Positions 1 through 12,189 of a DNA stretch of 64,000 nucleotides are shown here, one piece after another. The position numbers were made by a program, and so were the translations under genes. Where the stretch lies: contig CAWGLP010000006.1 in assembly GCA_963823485.1 (NCBI GenBank), positions 12,204-76,203 of the forward strand, in the 5' to 3' direction. The first letter of the stretch is position 1. Each line of letters starts with the position of its first letter. This stretch comes from an uncultured Alphaproteobacteria bacterium (GTDB taxonomy: Bacteria > Pseudomonadota > Alphaproteobacteria > Rhizobiales > Xanthobacteraceae). Below the pieces are notes generated by a model that was not told where the DNA came from, ran no database searches, and was given only the letters and a program-made list of their open reading frames with translations.

Positions 1-330
1 ACCGATCCTTCCATCTCGCCCCAGGCGCCGCTCGAAAGGCCGAACTTGCACGCGCTGCCGGGTCTTGCCCTCGCGGCCGACGACCTGGCCGACGCGCTCG
101 AGCTGCTGCGCCATGCGCTGGTTGGCGGCGACGATCTCGTTGAAGGTGTCGGCGATCTTGCCGTCGATGCCGAGCTGGTCGCCGGACATGCGGACGGAGA
201 AGTCGCCGGCCCGCATCGCCTGCAGGGCATGCAGCAGATCCTGCAGTGGATCCACCGCGCCGTTGCCAGCCGGTTTGCGTTTCGCGACACGGCGAACGGC
301 AGGAGATGCTCCAGGGGAAAGATCACTCAT
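1..330 (-). CDS. N-terminal part of a poly-HAMP (hybrid) histidine kinase; runs off the window; apparent 1-nt frameshift near 48
   Basis: Hand translation from ATG at 330: MSDLSPG...LLHALQAMRAGDFSVRMSGDQLGIDGKIADTFNEIVAANQRMAQQLERVGQVVGREGKTRQRV, then KFGLSSGAWGEMEGS in a shifted frame. This resembles the first HAMP repeat of multi-HAMP kinases. Confidence 0.75.
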   Translation of the reverse strand, partial: MSDLSPGASPAVRRVAKRKPAGNGAVDPLQDLLHALQAMRAGDFSVRMSGDQLGIDGKIADTFNEIVAANQRMAQQLERVGQVVGREGKTRQRVQVRPFERRLGRDGRIG

Positions 331-476
331 GGTGTTTCCTCGAGGCCGTTCGCGCGAATCTGTTGGCTGGGATGTGAGGCCACGTCATAGAACCGGCTGC
401 CCATCCGCAGATCAAGTTGGAACAACGGTTTAGGTCGTGACTTCAATGACATGGAACCTTGGTCCGGGTTCCCCTT

Positions 477-501
477 AACTCGCAGGGAACCGATTGGTTC
501 C
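477..501 (-). promoter_or_regulatory. Putative sigma-EcfG (general stress response) promoter for the HAMP kinase
   Basis: Minus strand reads GGAAC-N17-GTT about 150 nt upstream of the ATG, matching the alphaproteobacterial EcfG consensus. Confidence 0.5.
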
Positions 502-532
502 GGCACAAAAAATAGTTCGTGAATGCAGGAAC

Positions 533-560
533 AAAAACGCCCCGGCGAGCCGGGGCGTTT
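533..560 (-). terminator. Rho-independent terminator of the liv operon
   Basis: Stem AAACGCCCCGG/CCGGGGCGTTT with a 4-nt loop and a U-tract on the minus strand, just downstream of livK. Confidence 0.8.
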
Positions 561-601
561 GAAGCAGGGGTGTGTTTGAGATCAGGAACTCACGAGGGAG
601 T

Positions 602-1720
602 TCACGAGCCCTTGGTGTTGATCTGGGTGTAGTTGCCCTTGGCGTCCCACTTGTAGACCACGTAGTCGATCACCTTGATGTCGCCCTTGGCATCGAAGGA
701 AAGCTTGCCGAGCACGGTGTCCCACTCGCCGGCCTTGATGGTCTCCACGACCTTCTTCGGATCGGTGGTCTTCGCCTTCGCCACCGCCTGCGCCCAGATC
801 TGCATCGCGGCATAGGTGTAGAGGGTGTAGCCTTCCGGATCGATGTTCTTGGCCTTGAACTTCTCCACGATCGCCTTGCGGTCGGCTTGTTGCGCGGATC
901 GGGGCCGAAGGTGATCAGCGTGCCTTCGGCGGCCGGACCGGTGATCGAGGCGAACTCCTTGTCGTCCAAGCGCGTCACCCGCCATCAACAGCGTCTTCAG
1001 GCCCTGATCGCGCATCTGGCGCAGGATCAGGCCGGCTTCCGGGTGGTAGCCGCCGACATAGACGAGATCGATGTTGTCGCGCTTCAGCCGCGAGACGAGC
1101 GCGGTGAAGTCCTTGTCGCCCTTGGTGTAGGCTTCGTACATCTTCTCGGTCATGCCGGCCTTGTTCAGCGCCTTCTTGGTTTCGTCGGCGAGGCCTTTGC
1201 CGTAGGTCGACTTGTCGTGAAGGATGGCGACGTTCTTGCCCTTGAAGTTCTTGGCGATGTAGTCGCCGGCGACCGCGCCCTGCTGGTCGTCGCGGCCGCA
1301 GACGCGGAACGTGTTCCACAGCTTGCGCTCGGTGAAGGGCGGGTTGGTCGAGGCCGGCGTGATCTGCAGCACGTTGCCGTCGGCATAGGCTTCCGACGCC
1401 GGGATCGACGACGACGAGCAGAAGTGACCGGCCACGAACGGCATCTTCGCGCTGGCGAACTTCTCGGCGACCGAGCGCGCCTGCTTGGGATCGCAGGCAT
1501 CGTCGCCGACTTCGAGCGCGAGCTTCTTGCCGAGCACGCCGCCGGCGGCGTTGATGTCGGCCACCGCCTGTTCGGCGCCGTTCTTCATCTGTCGGCCGAA
1601 CGCGGATTCGCCGCCGGTCATCGGACCGGCCACTGCGATCGAGATGTCCTGTGCCAGCGCGGTTGTCGACAGCGCCAACGATGCGCCCAATGCCAGGCCG
1701 ATGAGTTTCAGTGATTTCAT
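602..1720 (-). CDS. livK: Branched-chain amino acid ABC transporter substrate-binding protein, with two compensating frameshifts (~880 and ~975)
   Basis: Signal peptide plus GDDACDPKQA, GHFCSSSSIPAS and RDDQQG motifs. The true segment DKEFASITGPAAEGTLITFGPDPRNKP lies in the alternative frame (ORF 670..978). Confidence 0.9.
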   Translation of the reverse strand: MKSLKLIGLALGASLALSTTALAQDISIAVAGPMTGGESAFGRQMKNGAEQAVADINAAGGVLGKKLALEVGDDACDPKQARSVAEKFASAKMPFVAGHFCSSSSIPASEAYADGNVLQITPASTNPPFTERKLWNTFRVCGRDDQQGAVAGDYIAKNFKGKNVAILHDKSTYGKGLADETKKALNKAGMTEKMYEAYTKGDKDFTALVSRLKRDNIDLVYVGGYHPEAGLILRQMRDQGLKTLLMAGDALGRQGVRLDHRSGRRRHADHLRPRSAQQADRKAIVEKFKAKNIDPEGYTLYTYAAMQIWAQAVAKAKTTDPKKVVETIKAGEWDTVLGKLSFDAKGDIKVIDYVVYKWDAKGNYTQINTKGS

Positions 1721-1883
1721 GCGGTATCCTCGCGGGTAGGTCGATTTCGGGAAGCACCCGGCAGGCCGGGTACGAAAATCACGCTATTGTCGGCTGATTT
1801 TACCGCGAAGTCATCGGCAATTTTCGGGCAAAACACTGTCCGTTCGCCGCATCTTGCCGCAGCACCGCCGGGGGCGGGGAGAG

Positions 1884-2620
<737 letters not shown>

Positions 2621-2630
2621 CGAGCCGGGC

Positions 2631-3462
2631 TCACGCTCCGCTCTCCATCACGGCGATGGCTTCGTCCTCGTCGACGCCGAGATAGGCGGCGATCACCTTC
2701 GGGTCGTCGCGGACCTGTTCCGGCGTGCCGTCGGCGATCTTGACGCCGTAGTCGAGCACCACGACGCTGGTCGGAGATTTCCATCACCACGCACATGTCG
2801 TGCTCGATCAGCAGGATCGAGGTGCCATGGTCGGCGCGGATCGAGAGCAGCAGTTCGCTCAAGCTCGCGCTCTCGCGCGCGTTCAGCCCGGCCGCCGGCT
2901 CGTCGAGGCAGAGCAGCGCCGGCTCGGTGCACATCGCGCGCGCGATCTCGAGCCGCCGCTGCTCGCCATAGGGCAGGTCGCCGGCGGCATCGTCGGCGCG
3001 GTCCAGCAGGCCGATGCGATCGAGCCAGGTCCGCGCCAGGTCGATCGCGGCCCCTTCGGCGCTGCGCGCAGGACGGCGCGCCGATCAGGCCGAGAAAGGT
3101 CAGCCCGGAGGCGCGCATCAGCGCGTTGTGCTGCGCGACCATCAGGTTCTCCAGCGCGGTCATGCCGGGGAACAGCCGGATATTCTGGAAGGTGCGCGCG
3201 ACCCGCGCCAGCTTGGCGATGCGGAAGTCGTTGAGCCGCTCGAGCTGGATGGCGTGGCCGTCGTCATGGGTCAGCCGGATCGTGCCGGAGGTCGGCTTGT
3301 AGAAGCCGGTGATGCAGTTGAACACGGTGGTCTTGCCGGCGCCGTTCGGGCCGATCAGCGCGGTGATCTCGCCGCGCTCCGCGGTGAAGGAGAGGTCGTC
3401 GACGGCGACCAGGCCGCCGAAGCGCATGGTCAGGCGCTCGACGGCCAGGATGGGGCCGCCGC

Positions 3463-3466
<4 letters not shown>
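2631..3466 (-). CDS. livG: Branched-chain amino acid ABC transporter ATPase (frameshifted)
   Basis: MRFGGLVAV, GPNGAGKTT and RTFQNIRLF, then LCLDEPAAGLN and LLIEHDM in another frame. Confidence 0.85.
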
Positions 3467-4798
<1,332 letters not shown>

Positions 4799-4808
4799 GC
4801 TGCGCCCG

Positions 4809-5730
4809 TCAGACCTTCTCGACTTCGGGCCGGCCGAGCAGGCCGGTCGGCAGGAAGATCAGCACCACGATCAGGATCGAGAAGGCGGCGACGTCCTTGT
4901 ACTCGACCGAGAAATAGGCCGACCAGAAGCGTCTCGATCAGCCCGATCAGCAAGGCCGCCCAGCATCGCGCCGGGCAGCGAGCCGATGCCGCCGAGCACG
5001 GCCGCGGTGAAGGCCTTCACGCCGGCGACGAAGCCGATGAAGAAATCGACCACGCCGTAATAGAGCAGGTACATCATGCCGGCGACGGCGGCGAGCGCGG
5101 CGCCGATCACGAAGGTCAGGCGAGATGGTGCGGTCGATGTCGACGCCGAGCAGCGAGGCCATCTTCTGGTCCTGCTCGCAGGCGCGCATGTCGCGGCCGA
5201 GCCGCGTGCTGCGACACCAGCCAGGTGAAGAGCGCGAGCAGCACGAGCGTGGTCGACGACCACGATGATCTGCACGTTGGAGAGCTGCACGACGAAGCGC
5301 GGCGCCCTCGAGCAGCGTGTAGCCGCCGGTGACGAGCGGCGGCAGCGGCTTCACGCGCGCGCCCTGCGCGACCTGCGACGTAGTTCTGCAGCACGATCGA
5401 CATGCCGATCGCCGAGATCAGCGGCGCGAGGCGGAACGAATGGCGCAGCGGCCGGTAGGCGATGCGCTCGACCGTCCAGCCGTAGAGCGCGGTGATCGCC
5501 ATCGCGATCAGCAGCACGATCAGCAGGATCAGCGGGATCGCGGTGACGCCGATCGAGACCAGCATCAGGAACGCGATCAGCGCGATGAAGGCGCCGATCA
5601 TGAAGATGTCGCCATGGGCGAAATTGATCATGCCGATGATGCCGTAGACCATCGTGTAGCCGATGGCGATCAGGCCGTAGATCGAGCCGAGCGCGATGCC
5701 GTTGATCAGTTGCTGGACGAAATATTCCAT
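4809..5730 (-). CDS. livH: Branched-chain amino acid ABC transporter permease (frameshifted)
   Basis: [57 protein letters not shown] and a C-terminal RPEVEKV. Confidence 0.85.
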
Positions 5731-5946
5731 GCGCTGCCGTGTCTAGAGCCTTGCCGACGCGGCGAGAGCTCCGGCAGCCCAGAACGACGCGTCGTGTCAT
5801 TTTTAACAGTGGGAACCGGGGGCGGCAACAGCGCCGGCTGCGGCTTAATCGGCTTGTACAGAGCTAGTTTGGGCAGCCAGGTTCCGGATTCACAGTCCGG
5901 CCACGGCATTGCCGCGCAATGATCGCGGCGGAACCGCTGTTCCCCG

Positions 5947-5971
5947 GCAACCGTCGGCCAAGTTCTCCGTT
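5947..5971 (+). promoter_or_regulatory. Putative EcfG-type promoter of the microprotein gene
   Basis: GCAAC-N16-CGTT (one mismatch to GGAAC) 35 nt upstream of the ATG. Confidence 0.4.
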
Positions 5972-6006
5972 GATTCCGGCGACGTCTAAACAACGGAGAT
6001 ACCAGG

Positions 6007-6156
6007 ATGAGCAACCAGAACCAGAACCCGGGCCAGCAGAACCAGAACCCGGGTCAGAAGCCCGGCCAGCAGCAGGGCGGTGGCCAGAAGCCAGGCCAGC
6101 AGCAGCAGGATCCGAGCCGCCCGGGCCAGAACCCCAATCCCAATCAGGGCCGTTAG
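6007..6156 (+). CDS. 49-aa Q/N/G/P-rich low-complexity microprotein (not in the ORF track)
   Basis: MSNQNQNPGQQNQNPGQKPGQQQGGGQKPGQQQQDPSRPGQNPNPNQGR*; GGAGA RBS upstream; host-like codons; terminator immediately downstream. Confidence 0.75.
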   Translation: MSNQNQNPGQQNQNPGQKPGQQQGGGQKPGQQQQDPSRPGQNPNPNQGR

Positions 6157-6177
6157 TTCGGACAGGCGAGAGTGAAG

Positions 6178-6208
6178 AAAGGCCCCGCCATCAGGCGGGG
6201 CTTTTTTT
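6178..6208. terminator. Bidirectional terminator between the microprotein gene and pcaC
   Basis: AAA-GGCCCCGCC-ATCA-GGCGGGGC-TTTTTTT between convergent genes. Confidence 0.85.
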
Positions 6209-6222
6209 GTGAACCCGCCCGG

Positions 6223-6615
6223 CTAACCCTTGAGCAATCCCAGTTCGGCGATGATGGTGTTGGCCTCCTTGACGGCGTGGTTGGCTGCCGGCACGCCACA
6301 ATAGATCGCCTGCTGCAGCAATATTTCCTTGATGTCGTCGGGGGTGAAGCCGCCTTCGGCAAGCGCTGCGCGCACGTGCAGGCGGAATTCATCCCATTGG
6401 CCGAGCGCGACCATGGTGCCGATCACGAGCACGCGGCGGGTGCGGTGGTCGAAATGCGGCCGGGTCCAGATGTCGCCCCAGGCATACCGGGTGATCAGGT
6501 CCTGGAAATCGGTGTTGAACGCGTTGCGGTTCTTGACCGACTTGTCGACCCATTCATTGCCGAGCACCTTGCGGCGCTGCGCCATGCCGTCGTCGCGGCG
6601 CTTGTCGTCGTCCAT
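6223..6615 (-). CDS. pcaC: 4-carboxymuconolactone decarboxylase
   Basis: RRKVLG, FQDLITRYAWGDIWTRP and EILLQQAIYCGVPAAN motifs; downstream of pcaD. Confidence 0.9.
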   Translation of the reverse strand: MDDDKRRDDGMAQRRKVLGNEWVDKSVKNRNAFNTDFQDLITRYAWGDIWTRPHFDHRTRRVLVIGTMVALGQWDEFRLHVRAALAEGGFTPDDIKEILLQQAIYCGVPAANHAVKEANTIIAELGLLKG

Positions 6616-6628
6616 TGGCGTCTCCTCC

Positions 6629-6712
6629 CGTCATTGCGAGCGCAGCGAAGCAATCCATAGTTTCGTTGCGGAGGTATGGATTGCTTCGTCGCTTGCGCTC
6701 CTCGCGATGACG
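6629..6712. repeat. CGTC-type REP-like palindromic element
   Basis: CGTCATTGCGAG...GAAGCAATCCA...TGGATTGCTTCG...CTCGCGATGACG; a related copy lies at 58279. Confidence 0.85.
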
Positions 6713-6728
6713 CCTGTGGTTTGTGTTG

Positions 6729-7511
6729 TCAGCGTTGCGTCAGGAAGCCCACCACCGCGTCGGTGAAGGCGTGCGGCTGCTCGACATTGGAAATATGCGC
6801 GGCATCCAGGATCGTCATGCTTGCACCTGGTATGCGGCTGCGGATGAATTCGCCGGCCGCAACCGGCGTTGACATGTCGTGGCGTCCGGCAATCACCAGC
6901 GTCGGGCTCTCGATTTTGGGCAGCAGCTCGCGCTGGTCGAGCGTCGACAGCGCCTCGCAGCAGGCGAGATAGCCTTCCACCGGCGTGGCCACCAGCATCG
7001 CCTTCATGTTGGCGGCGACTTGCGGCTCGCGTTCGCGAAAATCGGCCGTCAGCCAGCCCGCGATCACGGTATCCGCCACGGCGGCGATGCCGCCTTCCTT
7101 CACCGCCTTGATGCGGTTGAGCCAGTTCGTCGGGTCCGGATAATGACAGGCGGTGTTCGCCAGGACGAGTTTGCCGAATCGTTCGGGCGCGTTGGCCCCC
7201 AGCCATTGTCCGACCATGCCGCCCATCGACAGGCCGCACCAATGCGTCTTCGCAATGTTGAGATCGTCGAGGATCGCCAGCACGTCGCGGCCGAAGCGTT
7301 CCATCGAATAGGGGCCGGGTGGCACGTTCGACTTGCCGTGGCCGCGCCGGTCGTAGCGGATGACGCGGAACACCTGCGTCAGCGCCTTCATCTGCGGCTC
7401 CCACATCTGCATCGTCGCGCCCAGCGAATTCGACAGCATCAGCGTCGGTCCGCCGTCGCGGCCTTCGACGGATACGTTGAGCAGGCACCCGTCGGCGTCG
7501 ATCATCGGCAT
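6729..7511 (-). CDS. pcaD: 3-oxoadipate enol-lactonase
   Basis: Alpha/beta hydrolase with LSNSLG, RYDRRGHG, GLSMGG nucleophile motif and AAHISNVEQ. Confidence 0.9.
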   Translation of the reverse strand: MPMIDADGCLLNVSVEGRDGGPTLMLSNSLGATMQMWEPQMKALTQVFRVIRYDRRGHGKSNVPPGPYSMERFGRDVLAILDDLNIAKTHWCGLSMGGMVGQWLGANAPERFGKLVLANTACHYPDPTNWLNRIKAVKEGGIAAVADTVIAGWLTADFREREPQVAANMKAMLVATPVEGYLACCEALSTLDQRELLPKIESPTLVIAGRHDMSTPVAAGEFIRSRIPGASMTILDAAHISNVEQPHAFTDAVVGFLTQR

Positions 7512-7524
7512 GGCTTTTTTCCTT

Positions 7525-7614
7525 CGTCATGCGCAGGCCTCACCCGCGCATCCATCCAAAAACAAGAAGCTCTTTTCGAGATGATGGATTGCCGGGTCAA
7601 GCCCGGCAGTGACA
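7525..7614. repeat. CGTC-type REP-like palindromic element
   Basis: CGTCATGCGC...GCATCCAT...ATGGATTGCCGGGTCAAGCCCGGCAGTGACA between pcaB and pcaD. Confidence 0.75.
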
Positions 7615-8970
7615 TCAACCCCCGTCCAGCGAGGCTAGCAATCGGTCGATCAGTTCCTGCGAAGCGCCTTGATAGGCCATCGGCTCGAAAAGTTCAGTGA
7701 TTTCCTTGGCGTCGAGCTGTGCGGTGATCTTCGGCGTCCGCGTCAGCACGTCGCGCAAATGTTTCCTGTCCCTGACCGCCGTCTTGCTCGCCGCCTCGAT
7801 CAGATGATGCGCATCGCTCTTGCCGATCTTTTCGGCAAGCGCCATCGCCACGGCTTCGGCCATGATCAGGCCGCCGGTCGCGTCGAGATTGGCGCGCATG
7901 CGTGCGGCGTCCACTTCCAGCCCTTCCGCGATATCGACGATCGATGCAAGCGCCCCCGACGTCACCAGCAGGAGCGTCGGCAATGTCGGCCATTCCGCGT
8001 GCCAGGGACCGGCGCTGCGCTCGTGGTCCTGTACCTGAGCCGCAAAAATTGTCGCCGCGAGATTGGGCGCCATGGTGGCTGCCGCGAGCGCGCTGGCCGC
8101 AGCCACGGGATTGCGCTTGTGCGGCATGGTGGAGGAGCCGCCGCGGCCTTCCCCCGACGGCTCGAACGCTTCGCCGACGTCGGTCTGCATCATCAGCGAA
8201 ACGTCGCGGGCGATCTTGCCGGAGGTGCCGGCGAGAATTGCGAACACCGAAGCGGCCTCCGCAATACGGTCGCGGTGGGTATGCCAGGGCGCTTCGGGCA
8301 ACGGCAGCTTGAGTTCCGCAGCCAGTCGCTCCGAGACTTGCAGTCCCTTGTCGCCGAGGGCGGCGAGTGTGCCGGCGGCGCCGCCGAACTGCAGCGCCAG
8401 CGTCTCGACGCGCAGCCGCCGCAGCCGCATCTGCGAGCGGTGCAGCGCCGCGGCGTATTCGGCGAGCTTCAGCCCGAACGGCATCGGCAGGGCATGCTGC
8501 AGCCAGGTGCGGGCGACGACTGCGGTGTGGCGGTGTCGCTGCGCCATACCGGCGAAGCCCGCAATCGCACGCGCCGTGTCGGCCAGCAGCGCATCGATGC
8601 CGGCGCGCAGGCCGAGCATGGCGCCGGTATCGATGACGTCCTGGCTGGTGGCGCCCCAATGGACATAGCGTGCGGCCTCCGGGTTCGTGCGCGCGACATT
8701 GGCGGTGAGCGCCTTGACGAGCGGGATCGCGAGGTTGCCGGACCGGGGCGCGGCTTCTGCCAGCGCGCCGAGGTCGAATGATTCGGCCCGGCAGGCGCTC
8801 GCGATCGGCCCGGCCGCGTCAACCGGAATAACCCCGGCCGCGGCTTCGGCACGCGCCAGCGCGGCCTCGAAATCCAGCATGTTCTGCAGGCATGCGGCAT
8901 CGTCGCAGATCGCGCGCATCGCGGCGCTCGACAGGAGAGGGGCAAGCAGGGGAGAGAGGGACGTGCTCAT
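7615..8970 (-). CDS. pcaB: 3-carboxy-cis,cis-muconate cycloisomerase
   Basis: Fumarase/aspartase superfamily: VHWGATSQD, QFGGAAGTLAA and GSSTMPHKRNPV. The real start is MSTSLSP at 8970; the longer ORF overlaps coxG. Confidence 0.92.
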   Translation of the reverse strand: MSTSLSPLLAPLLSSAAMRAICDDAACLQNMLDFEAALARAEAAAGVIPVDAAGPIASACRAESFDLGALAEAAPRSGNLAIPLVKALTANVARTNPEAARYVHWGATSQDVIDTGAMLGLRAGIDALLADTARAIAGFAGMAQRHRHTAVVARTWLQHALPMPFGLKLAEYAAALHRSQMRLRRLRVETLALQFGGAAGTLAALGDKGLQVSERLAAELKLPLPEAPWHTHRDRIAEAASVFAILAGTSGKIARDVSLMMQTDVGEAFEPSGEGRGGSSTMPHKRNPVAAASALAAATMAPNLAATIFAAQVQDHERSAGPWHAEWPTLPTLLLVTSGALASIVDIAEGLEVDAARMRANLDATGGLIMAEAVAMALAEKIGKSDAHHLIEAASKTAVRDRKHLRDVLTRTPKITAQLDAKEITELFEPMAYQGASQELIDRLLASLDGG

Positions 8971-9138
8971 CTGCGCGCGACCTAACCATTCCGTCCTGTC
9001 GCTGCCAATGGTCCTCGTCGGCAGGCGTTTGCTGCAGTGCGAATATGCATCGCTCGCCGCCGCCGGTCGGCCTTTCTTTTGGGCCGGGCGTGCTTTACTT
9101 GGGAATGACAGGTTGGAGCGATCCGGGGAGAAACGACC

Positions 9139-9585
9139 ATGGCCATGACGATGAACGGCGAAGTCCAGCTTGCAGCGCCGCGCGAGGCCGTGTGGGCCAA
9201 GCTGAACGATCCGGAGGTGCTGAAAGCCTGTATCCCCGGCTGCGAGGAGCTGGAGAGGACCGAAGATAATGGCTTTCGCGCCACCGCCAAAATGAAGGTC
9301 GGGCCGGTGTCCGCCCGCTTCAAGGGCAAGGTCACGCTCAGCGATCTCGATCCGCCCAACGGCTACAAGATATCGGGCGAGGGTGAAGGCGGTGTGGCCG
9401 GTTTCGCCAAGGGCGGAGCCACGGTCGCGCTGGCCGAGAAGGATGGCGGCACCCTTCTGAGCTACACCGTGGAGGCGCAGATCGGCGGCAAACTCGCCCA
9501 GCTCGGGCAGCGGCTGATCAACGGGGCGGCCAAGAAACTGGCCGACGAGTTCTTCGTCAATTTCGCCAAGGCGGTGCAGGGCTAG
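9139..9585 (+). CDS. coxG: CoxG / SRPBCC family protein
   Basis: VWAKLNDPEVLKACIPGCE and GGKLAQLGQRLI motifs. Confidence 0.88.
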   Translation: MAMTMNGEVQLAAPREAVWAKLNDPEVLKACIPGCEELERTEDNGFRATAKMKVGPVSARFKGKVTLSDLDPPNGYKISGEGEGGVAGFAKGGATVALAEKDGGTLLSYTVEAQIGGKLAQLGQRLINGAAKKLADEFFVNFAKAVQG

Positions 9586-9771
9586 CTGGCCGCTCGCAGC
9601 ACGGCAGGCGTTTCTGATGCAGCGCACAGGAGCGCCAGATCATGCCGGGCCATGCCCCAGATGGGGGGCTCCCGAGGTTGCTCATTGCCGGGATGGCCCA
9701 TATTATGGACTTGGAATGATTTTAAACGCCTGCGCGGCCGATATGCGGTGGTGCAGCTCAAGAGAGTGCTG

Positions 9772-10257
9772 ATGGCCAAGATTTCCCTGATCGTGAACGG
9801 CAACCCCGTAAACGCCAATGTCGATCCCCGTACCCTGCTGGTCCAGTTTCTGCGGGAAAATCTGCGGCTGACGGGTACCCATGTCGGCTGCGACACCTCG
9901 CAATGCGGCGCCTGCGTCGTCCATCTGGACGGCAAGGCGGTCAAGTCCTGCACCACGCTGGCCGTCATGGCCGACGGTCACGAAGTCCGGACCATCGAGG
10001 GCCTCGCCGCCGATGGCGCGCCGCTGCACCCGATGCAGGAAGCCTTCCGTGAACATCACGGCCTGCAATGCGGTTTCTGCACCCCCGGCATGATCATGAC
10101 CGCCGTCGATCTGGTCCACCGCAAGGGCAATGACCTGTCGGACCACGTGATTCGCGAGGAGCTCGAAGGCAATCTGTGCCGCTGTACCGGTTATCAGAAT
10201 ATCGTTACCTCGATCGCCGCCGGCGCCAAGGCGATGGCCAAGTCTGATCTGGCTTAA
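9772..10257 (+). CDS. coxS: Molybdo-hydroxylase small subunit with two [2Fe-2S] clusters
   Basis: [18 protein letters not shown] and GNLCRCTGY motifs. Confidence 0.92.
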   Translation: MAKISLIVNGNPVNANVDPRTLLVQFLRENLRLTGTHVGCDTSQCGACVVHLDGKAVKSCTTLAVMADGHEVRTIEGLAADGAPLHPMQEAFREHHGLQCGFCTPGMIMTAVDLVHRKGNDLSDHVIREELEGNLCRCTGYQNIVTSIAAGAKAMAKSDLA

Positions 10258-10310
10258 TACGGCCGACCTCGCTTATTCGATTTCATCGCGACCGCGATCA
10301 GGAAGTTCTC

Positions 10311-11114
10311 ATGTACGAATTCAAATATCATCGTCCGGCGACCGTGCGGCAGGCCGCCAATCTTCTGGTGAAGAACGAAGACGCCAAGCTGATCGCCGGC
10401 GGCCATACGCTGGTGCCGGTCATGAAGCAGCGGCTTGCCAGCCCGCCGCATCTGGTCGACCTCTCCCATATCGAAGGGCTCGACGCCATCGAGATCAAGG
10501 GCCGCTCGCTGGTGATCGGCGCCACGGCAAAGCACGCCGATGTCGCCAACTCGGCGATCGTCGGTGAAGCCATCCCGGCGCTGGCCGAACTCGCAAGCCA
10601 GATCGGCGACCCCGCGGTCCGCCACAAGGGCACCATCGGCGGCTCGCTCGCCAACAACGATCCGACCGCGGATTATCCGGCTGCCGTGCTGGCGCTCGGC
10701 GCCACCATCGTCACCAACAAGCGCAAGCTGAAGCCGGAAGAATTCTTCCAGGGCCTGTTCACGACGTCGCTCGAAAGCGACGAGATTATCACCAAGGTGC
10801 TGTTCCCGCTGCCGAAGAAGGCTGCCTATATAAAGTTTCGCAACCAGGCTTCGCGCTACGCATTGGTCGGTGTGTTCGTCGCCAAGCGTCCGTCGGATGT
10901 GCGCGTGGCCGTCACCGGCGCAGGCTCGGACGGCGTGTTCCGCGCCCTCGCGTTCGAGGAGGCGTTGAAGAAGCGCTTCTCGCATAAAGTGCTCGACGGT
11001 CTGTCGGTGCCGGCGGAAGGATTGAACAGTGATCTGCATGGCAGCGCCGAGTATCGCGCGCATCTTATCGGCGTGCTGACGCGTCGCGCTGTGGAAGCCG
11101 CGACGGCGAAGTGA
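10311..11114 (+). CDS. coxM: Molybdo-hydroxylase FAD-binding medium subunit
   Basis: AGGHTLVP, IGDPAVRHKGTIGGS and DLHGSAEYRAHL motifs. Confidence 0.92.
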   Translation: MYEFKYHRPATVRQAANLLVKNEDAKLIAGGHTLVPVMKQRLASPPHLVDLSHIEGLDAIEIKGRSLVIGATAKHADVANSAIVGEAIPALAELASQIGDPAVRHKGTIGGSLANNDPTADYPAAVLALGATIVTNKRKLKPEEFFQGLFTTSLESDEIITKVLFPLPKKAAYIKFRNQASRYALVGVFVAKRPSDVRVAVTGAGSDGVFRALAFEEALKKRFSHKVLDGLSVPAEGLNSDLHGSAEYRAHLIGVLTRRAVEAATAK

Positions 11115-11151
11115 GCTTGCCAATTTTCCGCCCATCGAGACTGGTTCTGCC

Positions 11152-12060
<909 letters not shown>

Positions 12061-12065
12061 TTGCT

Positions 12066-12175
12066 CGTCATTCCGGGGCCCTTGTAAGTTACCGTCATTC
12101 CGGGGCGATGCGAAGCGTCGAACCCGGAATCTCGAGATTCCGGGTCTGGTGCTTACGCACCATCCCGGAATGACG
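12066..12175. repeat. CGTC-type REP-like element preceded by a duplicated 14-nt end
   Basis: CGTCATTCCGGGGC occurs at 12066 and 12093; internal palindrome ACCCGGAATCTCGAGATTCCGGGT; ends with CCGGAATGACG. Confidence 0.8.
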
Positions 12176-12189
12176 GCGAGGTTAGCACC

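Noticed and set aside
6007-6156. Short tandem repeats resembling a CRISPR array or VNTR
   Set aside because: Repeats are in-frame codon repeats without unique spacers, and there are no cas genes.
9139-11114. Calling the cluster a true CO dehydrogenase
   Set aside because: There is no large subunit, so the diagnostic AYxCSFR active-site motif cannot be assessed.
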